NCBI RefSeq assembly: GCF_009914755.1
Contig: NC_060948.1
Direction: 5' to 3' (one strand)
DNA: 64,000 nucleotides
Source of the DNA: the human T2T-CHM13v2.0 reference genome, Homo sapiens
This document shows, piece after piece, positions 42,844 through 57,079 of this stretch. Under the pieces are notes generated by a model. It was not told where the DNA came from and did no database searches. It saw only the letters and a list, made by a program, of their open reading frames with translations. How positions within the stretch are numbered: the stretch's first letter is position 1; the number at the start of each line of letters is the position of its first letter. The translations under genes and the position numbers were made by a program.

Positions 42844-45800
42844 GGCCTGGAATAAAGTGGAATGCTACGGTCTCGAATGGAATAAAAATGTATGGAATGG
42901 AATGCAATGAAACGGAATCGAATGTCATAGAATGTAATGGAATGCAAAAAAATGGAATCCAAAATCATTGACTGGAAAGGCTGGGTGTCGAAAGGAATTG
43001 ACTCCAATGGAATGGAATCAAATGGAATGGAAGTGAATAGAATCGAACTAAATCGAATGGAATGGAATTGATAGGAACGGAATGGAAAGGAATGCAATGA
43101 TTTGGCATGGAATGGAATCGAATGGCATCGAATGGAATGGAATGGAATGCAATGGAATGGAATGTATTAGAATGTAATGAACTTTAATGGAATGTACTCG
43201 AATGGATTCGACTGGAATGGAATGTTCTGGAAGTGAATGGACTCCAATGGAATGGATTCAAAAGGAATGGAATCGTACGGAATGGAATCTAATGGAATGG
43301 AATTAAATGGAAAAGAATCAAATTGAATAGCACGGAATTGAATTGAATGGAATCGAATGCAATGGAATCTAATGAAACGGAAAGGAAAGGAATGGAATGG
43401 AATGGAATGGGCTGGAATGGAAAGGAATCGAAACGAATGGAATGGAATCGAACTGAAGAGACTGGAATGGAATGCACTGGAATGGAAGGGAGTGTAATGG
43501 AAGGTTCTCGAAAAAAATGGAATCGAATGGAATGGAATTGAATGGAACGGAATAGAGTCTAATGGAATTGAATGGAATGGAATGGACTAGAGTGAAATGG
43601 AATCGAACCACAAGGAATGGACAGGAATAGAATCGTCTCGAATTGAATGGAATCGTATGGAATGGCATCAAACGGAATGGAATGGACAGCCACGGAATGG
43701 AATGCACTCGAATGCAATGGAGTCGAAACTAATGGACTGGAATAGAATGGACTCGACTGGTACGGACTCCAATGGAATGGAATCGAATGGAAGGGAATCG
43801 AACGGAATGGACTCGAAGGGAAAAGACTGCAATGGAAAGGTCTCGAATGGAATGGAAATTAATGGAATGGAATGGAATCGAATGAAATGGAGTCAAAAGG
43901 AATGGAATCGAATGGCAAGAAATCGAATGTAATGGAATCGCAAGGAATTGATGTGAACGGAACGGAATGGAATGGAATCCAAAGGAATGGAATAGAATGG
44001 AATGGAATCGAATGGAAAGGACTCGAATGGAAATCACTCGAATAGAATGCAATTTAATAAAATAGGATCAAATGTAATGGAATGGAATGGAAAGGAATCG
44101 AAACGAAAGGAATGGAGACAGATGGAATGGAATGGAACAGAGAGCAATGGTATAGAATGGAATGGAATCATCTGGAATGGAATTGAATGGAATGGAATAA
44201 TATGAAATGGAATGGAATGGAATGGAATGGAATGGAATGCCCTTGAATTAAATGGACTGGAATGGAATGGACTCGAACAGAGTGGAATGGAAAGTTTTGA
44301 GATAGAATGGAATGGACTCCTTTGGAATGCTCTAGTATGCAATGCAATCGACTGGCAGGGAATCAAAAGGAATGTAATCGAATGGATTGGACTGGAATGC
44401 AATGGACTCGAATAGATTGGAAACGGAATGCAAAGGAATGGAATGGAATAGTATGGAATGGAATGGAAAGGAATGGAGTGGAATAGACTAGAGTGGAATG
44501 GAATGGACTGGAAAGCAATGGACTGGAATGGAACTTTCTTGAATGGAGTGGAATCAAACGGAATGGAATGCAATGCAATCAAATGGCATGGAATAAAATA
44601 GAATGAAAGAGAATCAAATGGAATTGAATCGAATGGAATCGAATGGATTGGAAAGGAATAGAATGGAATGGAATGGAATTGACTCAAATGGAATGGACTA
44701 GAATGGAATGGATTCGAATGGAAGGCAAAGGAATGGAATCTTTTGGAATGGACTGTAATGGAATGGAATGGAAGGGATTGGAATGGACTCGAATGGAATG
44801 GACTGCAATAGATAGGATTCGAATGGAATGAAAAAGAATTGAATGGAATAGAACAGAATGGAATCAAATCGAATGAAATGGAATGGAATAGAAAGGAATG
44901 GAATGAAATGGAATGGAAAGGATTCGAATGGAATGCAATCGAATGGAATGGAATCGAACGGAATGGAATAAAATGGAAGAAAACTGGCAAGAAATGGAAT
45001 CGAAATGAATGGAGTGTTATGGAACGGACTCAAAAGGAATTGAACGTAATAGAATGGAGTGGAGTGGACTCGAATATAATGGACTGGAATGAAATGAAAT
45101 CACATGGAATGGGAACGAATGGAATGGAATGGAAAGGAATGGAATCGAATGGAAAGGAATCGAATGGAAGGGAATGAAATTGAATCAACAGGAATGGAAG
45201 GGAATAGAATAGACGGTAATGGAATGGACTCGAATAGAATGGACACGAATGCTCAAATTGAATGGACTCGAATGGAATGGAAACGAAAGGAATGTCATCG
45301 AATGGAATTGAATCGATTGGAATGAAATGGCATAGAATGGAGTGGAATCAAATGGAATTGAATCGAAAGGAAAGGAAGCGAATGGACTGAAATGAAATGG
45401 AATGGAATTGAATGGAAAGTAATGCAATGGAATAGAATGGAACGAAATTTCACGGAATGGAATCAAACTGAATGGAATCAAATCAATGGAATCAAATCAA
45501 ATGGAATGGAAAGGAATTGAATGGAGTAGATTGGATTGGATGGGATTGGAATGAAATGTACTGGAAAGGACTCGAATTTCATGAAACGGAATGGAATGAA
45601 TTGGAACGGAATGGACTCGAATGGAATGGAATGTCATGGAATGGCATCAAATGGAATGGCATCAAATGGAATGGAATCGAATGCAATGGAATGCTATGGA
45701 ATGGAATGGAATGCATTGGAATGGAATGTCCTCTAATGGAATGGATTCGAGTGGAATGGAATCTAATATAATGGAGTCGAATGAAATGGAATTGAAAGGA

Positions 45801-46447
45801 GTGGGATCGAATACAATGGAATATACTGGAATGTAATGTAATGAACTCGAATGTAATTGACTGGAATGGAATGTACATGAATGGAATGTAATCGAATGGA
45901 AAGTAATCCAATGGAATAGAATCTAATGCAATAAAACCGACTCAGATAGAGTAGAATGTAATGGAATGGAGTGCAGTGCAATGGAATGGAATGGAATGGA
46001 ATGCAATGCAATGGAATGGAATGGAATGGAATGGAATGGAATGGAATGGAATGGAATGGAATGGAATGGGATGGAATGGGATGGGATGGAATGGTATGGA
46101 ATGGATAGTAATGGACTGGAGTGAAATGGACTGGAAAGGAATGGACTCAAATTGAAAGGGCTCGAAAGGAATGGAGTCAAATGGAATGGTCTGGAATGGA
46201 ATGAACACGAATGTAATGCAATCCAATAGAATGGAATCGAATGGCATGGAATATAAAGAAATGGAATCGAAGAGAATGGAAACAAATGGAATGGAATTGA
46301 ATGGAATGGAATTGAATGGAATGGGAACGAATGGAGTGAAATTGTATGCAGTAGAAGGGAATAGAATGGAATGCAAGCGAAAGGAAAGGAATGGATTGGA
46401 ATGGAATGGAATTCATTGGAATGGAAGGGAATGTAGTGTAATGGACA
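42844..46447 (+). repeat. DYZ1 monomer U13 (3604 bp, longest)
   Basis: GGCC interval; expanded (ATGGA)11 at 46011-46065. Confidence 0.93.
46011..46065 (+). repeat. Longest perfect pentamer run noticed, (ATGGA)11
   Basis: Counted directly; the homologous site has 3-8 copies in other units. Confidence 0.85.
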
Positions 46448-49400
46448 GGCCTGGAATAAAGTGGAATGCTACGGTCTCGAATGGAATAAAAATGTATGGA
46501 ATGGAATGCAATGAAAGGGAATCGAATGTCATAGAATGTAATGGAATGCAACAAAATGGAATCCAAAATCATTGACTGGAAAGGCTGGGTGTCGAAAGGA
46601 ATTGACTCCAATGGAATGGAATCGAATGGAATGGAAGTGAATAGAATCGAACTAAATCGAATGGAATGGAATTGATAGGAACGGAATGGAAAGGAATGCA
46701 ATGATTTGGCATGGAATGGAATCGAATGGCATCGAATGGAATGGAATGGAATGCAATGGAATGGAATGTATTAGAATGTAATGAACTTTAATGGAATGTA
46801 CTCGAATGGATTCGACTGGAATGGAATGTTCTGGAAGTGAATGGACTCCAATGGAATGGATTCAAAAGGAATGGAATCGTACGGAATGGAATCTAATGGA
46901 ATGGAATTAAATGGAAATGAATCAAATTGAATAGCACGGAATTGAATTGAATGGAATGGAATGCAATGGAATCTAATGAAACGGAAAGGAAAGGAATGGA
47001 ATGGAATGGAATGGGCTGGAATGGAAAGGAATCGAAACGAATGGAATGGAATCGAAGTGAAGAGACTGGAATGGAATGCACTGGAATGGAAGGGAGTGTA
47101 ATGGAAGGTTCTCGAAAAAAATGGAATCGAATGGAATGGAATTGAATGGAACGGAATAGAGTCGAATGGAATTGAATGGAATGGAATGGACTAGAGTGAA
47201 ATGGAATCGAACCACAAGGAATGGACAGGAATAGAATGGTCTCGAATTGAATGGAATCGTATGGAATGGCATCAAACGGAATGGAATGGACAGCCACGGA
47301 ATGGAATGCACTCGAATGCAATGGAGTCGAAACTAATGGACTGGAATAGAATGGACTCGACTGGTACGGACTCCAATGGAATGGAATCGAATGGAAGGGA
47401 ATCGAACGGAATGGACTCGAAGGGAAAAGACTGCAATGGAAAGGTCTCGAATGGAATGGAAATTAATGGAATGGAATGGAATCGAATGAAATGGAGTCAA
47501 AAGGAATGGAATCGAATGGCAAGAAATCGAATGTAATGGAATCGCAAGGAATTGATGTGAACGGAACGGAATGGAATGGAATCCAAAGGAATGGAATAGA
47601 ATGGAATGGAATCGAATGGAAAGGACTCGAATGGAAATCACTCGAATAGAATGCAATTTAATAAAATAGGATCAAATGTAATGGAATGGAATGGAAAGGA
47701 ATCGAAACGAAAGGAATGGAGACAGATGGAATGGAATGGAACAGAGAGCAATGGTATAGAATGGAATGGAATCATCTGGAATGGAATTGAATGGAATGGA
47801 ATAATATGAAATGGAATGGAATGGAATGGAATGGAATGGAATGCCCTTGAATTAAATGGACTGGAACGGAATGGACTCGAACAGAGTGGAATGGAAAGTT
47901 TTGAGATAGAATGGAATGGACTCCTTTGGAATGGTGTAGTATGCAATGCAATCGACTGGCAGGGAATCAAAAGGAATGTAATCGAATGGATTGGACTGGA
48001 ATGCAATGGACTCGAATAGATTGGAAACGGAATGCAAAGGAATGGAATGGAATAGTATGGAATGGAATGGAAAGGAATGGAGTGGAATAGACTAGAGTGG
48101 AATGGAATGGACTGGAAAGCAATGGACTGGAATGGAACTTTCTTGAATGGACTGGAATCAAACGGAATGGAATGCAATGCAATCAAACGGCATGGAATAA
48201 AATAGAATGAAAGAGAATCAAATGGAATTGAATCGAATGGAATCGAATGGATTGGAAAGGAATAGAATGGAATGGAATGGAATTGACTCAAATGGAATGG
48301 ACTAGAATGGAATGGATTCGAATGGAAGGCAAAGGAATGGAATCTTTTGGAATGGACTGTAATGGAATGGAATGGAAGGGATTGGAATGGACTCGAATGG
48401 AATGGACTGCAATAGATAGGATTCGAATGGAATGAAAAAGAATTGAATGGAATAGAACAGAATGGAATCAAATCGAATGAAATGGAATGGAATAGAAAGG
48501 AATGGAATGAAATGGAATGGAAAGGATTCGAATGGAATGCAATCGAATGGAATGGAATCGAACGGAATGGAATAAAATGGAAGAAAACTGGCAAGAAATG
48601 GAATCGAAATGAATGGAGTGTTATGGAACGGACTCAAAAGGAATTGAATGTAATAGAATGGAGTGGAGTGGACTCGAATATAATGGACTGGAATGGAATG
48701 AAATCACATGGAATGGGAACGAATGGAATGGAATGGAAAGGAATGGAATCGAATGGAAAGGAATCGAATGGAAGGGAATGAAATTGAATCAACAGGAATG
48801 GAAGGGAATAGAATAGACGGTAATGGAATGGACTTGAATAGAATGGACACGAATGCTCAAATTGAATGGACTCGAATGGAATGGAAACGAAAGGAATGTC
48901 ATCGAATGGAATTGAATCGATTGGAATGAAATGGCATAGAATGGAGTGGAATCAAATGGAATTGAATCGAAAGGAAAGGAAGCGAATGGACTGAAATGAA
49001 ATGGAATGGAATTGAATGGAAAGTAATGCAATGGAATAGAATGGAACGAAATTTCACGGAATGGAATCAAACTGAATGGAATCAAATCAATGGAATCAAA
49101 TCAAATGGAATGGAAAGGAATTGAATGGAGTAGATTGGATTGGATGGGATTGGAATGAAATGTACAGGAAAGGACTCGAATTTCATGAAACGGAATGGAA
49201 TGAATTGGAACGGAATGGACTCGAATGGAATGGAATGTCATGGAATGGCATCAAATGGAATGGCATCAAATGGAATGGAATCGAATGCAATGGAATGCTA
49301 TGGAATGGAATGGAATGCATTGGAATGGAATGTCCTCTAATGGAATGGATTCGAGTGGAATGGAATCGAATATAATGGAGTCGAATGAAATGGAATTGAA

Positions 49401-50001
49401 AGGAATGGGATCGAATACAATGGAATATACTGGAATGTAATGTAATGAACTCGAATGTAATTGACTGGAATGGAATGTACATGAATGGAATGTAATCGAA
49501 TGGAAAGTAATCCAATGGAATAGAATCTAATGCAATAAAATCGACTCAGATAGAGTAGAATGTAATGGAATGGAGTGCAGTGCAATGGAATGGAATGGAA
49601 TGGAATGCAATGGAATGGAATGTTATGGAATGGAATGGGATGGAATGGTATGGAATGGACAGTAATGGACTGGAGTGAAATGGACTGGAAAGGAATGGAC
49701 TCAAATTGAAAGGGCTCGAAAGGAATGGAGACAAATGGAATGGTCTGGAATGGAATGAACACGAATGTAATGCAATCCAATAGAATGGAGTCGATTGGCA
49801 TGGAATATAAAGAAATGGAATCGAAGAGAATGGAAACAAATGGAATGGAATTGAATGGAATGGAATTGAATGGAATGGGAACGAATGGAGTGAAATTGTA
49901 TGCAGTAGAAGAGAATAGAATGGAATGCAAGCGAAAGGAAAGGAATGGATTGGAATGGAATGGAATTCATTGGAATGGAAGGGAATGTAGTGTAATGGAC
50001 A
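46448..50001 (+). repeat. DYZ1 monomer U14 (3554 bp), sister of U13
   Basis: Shares AAAGTTTTGA, ATCTTTTGG and GATAGGATTC with U13 at offset 3604. Confidence 0.93.
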
Positions 50002-53000
50002 GGCCTGGAATAAAGTGGAATGCTACGGTCTCGAATGGTATAAAAATGTATGGAATGGAATGCAATGAAACGGAATCGAATGTCATAGAATGTAATGGAA
50101 TGCAAAAAAATGGAATCCAAAATCATTGACTGGAAAGGCTGGGTGTCGAAAGGAATTGACTCCAATGGAATGGAATCGAATGGAATGGAAGTGAATAGAA
50201 TCGAACTAAATCGAATGGAATGGAATTGATAGGAACGGAATGGAAAGGAATGCAATGATTTGGCATGGAATGCAATCGAATGGCATCGAATGGAATGGAA
50301 TGGAATGCAATGGAATGGAATGTATTAGAATGTAATGAACTTTAATGGAATGTACTCGAATGGATTCGACTGGAATGGAATGTTCTGGAAGTGAATGGAC
50401 TCCAATGGAATGGATTCCAAAGGAATGGAATCGTACGGAATGGAATCTAATGGAATGGAATTAAATGGAAATGAATCAAATTGAATAGCACGGAATTGAA
50501 TTGAATGGAATGGAATGCAATGGAATCTAATGAAACGGAAAGGAAAGGAATGGAATGGAATGGAATGGGCTGGAATGGAAAGGAATCGAAACGAATGGAA
50601 TGGAATCGAAGTGAAGAGACTGGAATGGAATGCACTGGAATGGAAGGGAGTGTAATGGAAGGTTCTCGAAAAAAATGGAATCGAATGGAATGGAATTGAA
50701 TGGAACGGAATAGAGTCGAATGGAATTGAATGGAATGGAATGGACTAGAGTGAAATGGAATCGAACCACAAGGAATGGACAGGAATAGAATGGTCTCGAA
50801 TTGAATGGAATCGTATGGAATGGCATCAAACGGAATGGAATGGACAGCCACGGAATGGAATGCACTCGAATGCAATGGAGTCGAAACTAATGGACTGGAA
50901 TAGAATGGACTCGACTGGTACGGACTGCAATGGAATGGAATCGAATGGAAGGGAATCGAACGGAATGGACTCGAAGGGAAAAGACTGCAATGGAAAGGTC
51001 TCGAATGGAATGGAAATTAATGGAATGGAATGGAATCGAATGAAATGGAGTCAAAAGGAATGGAATCGAATGGCAAGAAATCGAATGTAATGGAATCGCA
51101 AGGAATTGATGTGAACGGAACGGAATGGAATGGAATCCAAAGGAATGGAATAGAATGGAATGGAATCGAATGGAAAGGACTCGAATGGAAATCACTCGAA
51201 TAGAATGCAATTTAATAAAATAGGATCAAATGTAATGGAATGGAATGGAAAGGAATCGAAACGAAAGGAATGGAGACAGATGGAATGGAATGGAACAGAG
51301 AGCAATGGTATAGAATGGAATGGAATCATCTGGAATGGAATTGAATGGAATGGAATAATATGAAATGGAATGGAATGGAATGGAATGGAATGCCCTTGAA
51401 TTAAATGGACCGGACTCGAACAGAGTGGAATGGAAAGTGTTGAGATAGAATGGAATGGACTCCTTTGGAATGGTGTAGTATGCAATGCAATCGACTGGCA
51501 GGGAATCAAAAGGAATGTAATGGAATGGATTGGACTGGAATGCAATGGACTCGAATAGATTGGAAACGGAATGCAAAGGAATAGAATGGAATAGTATGGA
51601 ATGGAATGGAAAGGAATGGAGTGGAATAGACTAGAGTGGAATGGAATGGACTGGAAAGCAATGGACTGGAATGGAACTTTCTTGAATGGACTGGAATCAA
51701 ACGGAATGGAATGCAATGCAATCAAATGGCATGGAATAAAATAGAATGAAAGAGAATCAAATGGAATTGAATCGAATGGAATCGAATGGATTGGAAAGGA
51801 ATAGAATGGAATGGAATGGAATTGACTCAAATGGAATGGACTAGAATGGAATGGATTCGAATGGAAGGCAAAGGAATGGAATCTATTGGAATGGACTGTA
51901 ATGGAATGGAATGGAAGGGATTGGAATGGACTCGAATGGAATGGACTGCAATAGAAAGGACTCGAATGGAATGAAAAAGAATTGAATGGAATAGAACAGA
52001 ATGGAATCAAATCGAATGAAATGGAATGGAATAGAAAGGAATGGAATGAAATGGAATGGAAAGGATTCGAATGGAATGCAATCGAATGGAATGGAATCGA
52101 ACGGAATGGAATAAAATGGAAGAAAACTGGCAAGAAATGGAATCGAAAGGAATGGAGTGTTATGGAACGGACTCAAAAGGAATTGAATGTAATAGAATGG
52201 AGTGGAGTGGACTCGAATATAATGGACTGGAATGGAATGAAATCACATGGAATGGGAACGAATGGAATGGAATGGAAAGGAATGGAATCGAATGGAAAGG
52301 AATCGAATGGAAGGGAATGAAATTGAATCAACAGGAATGGAAGGGAATAGAATAGACGGTAATGGAATGGACTCGAATAGAATGGACACGAATGCTCAAG
52401 TTGAATGGACTCGAATGGAATGGAAACGAAAGGAATGTCATCGAATGGAATTGAATCGATTGGAATGAAATGGCATAGAATGGAGTGGAATCAAATGGAA
52501 TTGAATCGAAAGGAAAGGAAGCGAATGGACTGAAATGAAATGGAATGGAATTGAATGGAAAGTAATGCAATGGAATAGAATGGAACGAAATTTCACGGAA
52601 TGGAATCAAACTGAATGGAATCAAATCAATGGAATCTAATCAAATGGAATGGAAAGGAATTGAATGGAATAGATTGGATTGGATGGGATTGGAATGAAAT
52701 GTACTGGAAAGGACTCGAATTTCATGAAACGGAATGGAATGAATTGGAACGGAGTGGACTCGAATGGAATGGAATGTCATGGAATGGCATCAAATGGAAT
52801 GGCATCAAATGGAATGGAATCGAATGCAATGGAATGCTATGGAATGGAATGGAATGCATTGGAATGGAATGTCCTCTAATGGAATGGATTCGAGTGGAAT
52901 GGAATCGAATATAATGGAGTCGAATGAAATGGAATTGAAAGGAATGGGATCGAATACAATGGAATATACTGGAATGTAATGTAATGAACTCGAATGTAAT

Positions 53001-53540
53001 TGACTGGAATGGAATGTACATGAATGGAATGTAATCGAATGGAAAGTAATCCAATGGAATAGAATCTAATGCAATAAAATCGACTCAGATAGAGTAGAAT
53101 GTAATGGAATGGAGTGCAGTGCAATGGAATGGAATGGAATGGAATGCAATGGAATGGAATGTTATGGAATGGAATGGGATGGAATGGTATGGAATGGACA
53201 GTAATGGACTGGAGTGAAATGGACTGGAAAGGAATGGACTCAAATTGAAAGGGCTCGAAAGGAATGGAGACAAATGGAATGGTCTGGAATGGAATGAACA
53301 CGAATGTAATGCAATCCAATAGAATGGAGTCGAATGGCATGGAATATAAAGAAATGGAATCGAAGAGAATGGAAACAAATGGAATGGAATTGAATGGAAT
53401 GGAATTGAATGGAATGGGAACGAATGGAGTGAAATTGTATGCAGTAGAAGAGAATAGAATGGAATGCAAGCGAAAGGAAAGGAATGGATTGGAATGGAAT
53501 GGAATTCATTGGAATGGAAGGGAATGTAGTGTAATGGACA
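50002..53540 (+). repeat. DYZ1 monomer U15 (3539 bp)
   Basis: GGCC interval; GGACCGGACTC variant at ~51410. Confidence 0.93.
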
Positions 53541-56500
53541 GGCCTGGAATAAAGTGGAATGCTACGGTCTCGAATGGTATAAAAATGTATGGAATGGAAT
53601 GCAATGAAACAGAATCGAATGTCATAGAATGTAATGGAATGCAAAAAAATGGAATCCAAAATCATTGACTGGAAAGGCTGGGTGTCGAAAGGAATTGACT
53701 CCAATGGAATGGAATCGAATGGAATGGAAGTGAATAGAATCGAACTAAATCGAATGGAATGGAATTGATAGGAACGGAATGGAAAGGAATGCAATGATTT
53801 GGCATGGAATGCAATCGAATGGCATCGAATGGAATGGAATGGAATGCAATGGAATGGAATGTATTAGAATGTAATGAACTTTAATGGAATGTACTCGAAT
53901 GGATTCGACTGGAATGGAATGTTCTGGAAGTGAATGGACGCCAATGGAATGGATTCCAAAGGAATGGAATCGTACGGAATGGAATCTAATGGAATGGAAT
54001 TAAATGGAAATGAATCAAATTGAATAGCACGGAATTGAATTGAATGGAATGGAATGCAATGGAATCTAATGAAACGGAAAGGAAAGGAATGGAATGGAAT
54101 GGAATGGGCTGGAATGGAAAGGAATCGAAACGAATGGAATGGAATCGAACTGAAGAGACTGGAATGGAATGCACTGGAATGGAAGGGAGTGTAATGGAAG
54201 GTTCTCGAAAAAAATGGAATCGAATGGAATGGAATTGAATGGAACGGAATAGAGTCGAATGGAATTGAATGGAATGGAATGGACTAGAGTGAAATGGAAT
54301 CGAACCACAAGGAATGGACAGGAATAGAATGGTCTCGAATTGAATGGAATCGTATGGAATGGCATCAAACGGAATGGAATGGACAGCCACGGAATGGAAT
54401 GCACTCGAATGCAATGGAGTCGAAACTAATGGACTGGAATAGAATGGACTCGACTGGTACGGACTCCAATGGAATGGAATCGAATGGAAGGGAATCGAAC
54501 GGAATGGACTCGAAGGGAAAAGACTGCAATGGAAAGGTCTCCAATGGAATGGAAATTAATGGAATGGAATGGAATCGAATGAAATGGAGTCAAAAGGAAT
54601 GGAATCGAATGGCAAGAAATCGAATGTAATGGAATCGCAAGGAATGGATGTGAACGGAACGGAATGGAATGGAATCCAAAGGAATGGAATAGAATGGAAT
54701 GGAATCGAATGGAAAGGACTCGAATGGAAATCACTCGAATAGAATGCAATTTAATAAAATAGGATCAAATGTAATGGAATGGAATGGAAAGGAATCGAAA
54801 CGAAAGGAATGGAGACAGATGGAATGGAATGGAACAGAGAGCAATGGTATAGAATGGAATGGAATCATCTGGAATGGAATTGAATGGAATGGAATAATAT
54901 GAAATGGAATGGAATGGAATGGAATGGAATGCCCTTGAATTAAATGGACCGGACTCGAACAGAGTGGAATGGAAAGTGTTGAGATAGAATGGAATGGACT
55001 CCTTTGGAATGGTGTAGTATGCAATGCAATCGACTGGCAGGGAATCAAAAGGAATGTAATGGAATGGATTGGACTGGAATGCAATGGACTCGAATAGATT
55101 GGAAACGGAATGCAAAGGAATAGAATGGAATAGTATGGAATGGAATGGAAAGGAATGGAGTGGAATAGACTAGAGTGGAATGGAATGGACTGGAAAGCAA
55201 TGGACTGGAATGGAACTTTCTTGAATGGACTGGAATCAAACGGAATGGAATGCAATGCAATCAAATGGCATGGAATAAAATAGAATGAAAGAGAATCAAA
55301 TGGAATTGAATCGAATGGAATCGAATGGATTGGAAAGGAATAGAATGGAATGGAATGGAATTGACTCAAATGGAATGGACTAGAATGGAATGGATTCGAA
55401 TGGAAGGCAAAGGAATGGAATCTATTGGAATGGACTGTAATGGAATGGAATGGAAGGGATTGGAATGGACTCGAATGGAATGGACTGCAATAGAAAGGAC
55501 TCGAATGGAATGAAAAAGAATTGAATGGAATAGAACAGAATGGAATCAAATCGAATGAAATGGAATGGAATAGAAAGGAATGGAATGAAATGGAATGGAA
55601 AGGATTCGAATGGAATGCAATCGAATGGAATGGAATCGAACGGAATGGAATAAAATGGAAGAAAACTGGCAAGAAATGGAATCGAAAGGAATGGAGTGTT
55701 ATGGAACGGACTCAAAAGGAATTGAATGTAATAGAATGGAGTGGAGTGGACTCGAATATAATGGACTGGAATGGAATGAAATCACATGGAATGGGAACGA
55801 ATGGAATGGAATGGAAAGGAATGGAATCGAATGGAAAGGAATCGAATGGAAGGGAATGAAATTGAATCAACAGGAATGGAAGGGAATAGAATAGACGGTA
55901 ATGGAATGGACTCGAATAGAATGGACACGAATGCTCAAATTGAATGGACTCGAATGGAATGGAAACGAAAGGAATGTCATCGAATGGAATTGAATCGATT
56001 GGAATGAAATGGCATAGAATGGAGTGGAATCAAATGGAATTGAATCGAAAGGAAAGGAAGCGAATGGACTGAAATGAAATGGAATGGAATTGAATGGAAA
56101 GTAATGCAATGGAATAGAATGGAACGAAATTTCACGGAATGGAATCAAACTGAATGGAATCAAATCAATGGAATCTAATCAAATGGAATGGAAAGGAATT
56201 GAATGGAATAGATTGGATTGGATGGGATTGGAATGAAATGTACTGGAAAGGACTCGAATTTCATGAAACGGAATGGAATGAATTGGAACGGAGTGGACTC
56301 GAATGGAATGGAATGTCATGGAATGGCATCAAATGGAATGGCATCAAATGGAATGGAATCGAATGCAATGGAATGCTGTGGAATGGAATGGAATGCATTG
56401 GAATGGAATGTCCTCTAATGGAATGGAATCGAGTGGAATGGAATCGAATATAATGGAGTCGAATGAAATGGAATTGAAAGGAATGGGATCGAATACAATG

Positions 56501-57079
56501 GAATATACTGGAATGTAATGTAATGAACTCGAATGTAATTGACTGGAATGGAATGTACATGAATGGAATGTAATCGAATGGAAAGTAATCCAATGGAATA
56601 GAATCTAATGCAATAAAATCGACTCAGATAGAGTAGAATGTAATGGAATGGAGTGCAGTGCAATGCAATTGAATGGAATGGAATGCAATGGAATGGAATG
56701 GAATGGAATGGAATGGAATGGAATGGAATGGGATGGAATGGTATGGAATGGATAGTAATGGACTGGAGTGAAATGGACTGGAAAGGAATGGACTCAAATT
56801 GAAAGGGCTCGAAAGGAATGGAGTCAAATGGAATGGTCTGGAATGGAATGAACACGAATGTAATGCAATCCAATAGAATGGAATCGAATGGCATGGAATA
56901 TAAAGAAATGGAATCGAAGAGAATGGAAACAAATGGAATGGAATTGAATGGAATGGGAAGGAATGGAGTGAAATTGTATGCAGTAGAAGAGAATAGAATG
57001 GAATGCAAGCGAAAGGAAAGGAATGGATTGGAATGGAATGGAATTCATTGGAATGGAAGGGAATGTAGTGTAATGGACA
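53541..57079 (+). repeat. DYZ1 monomer U16 (3539 bp), near-copy of U15
   Basis: 313-aa minus-strand ORF identical to the U15 copy at offset 3539. Confidence 0.93.
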
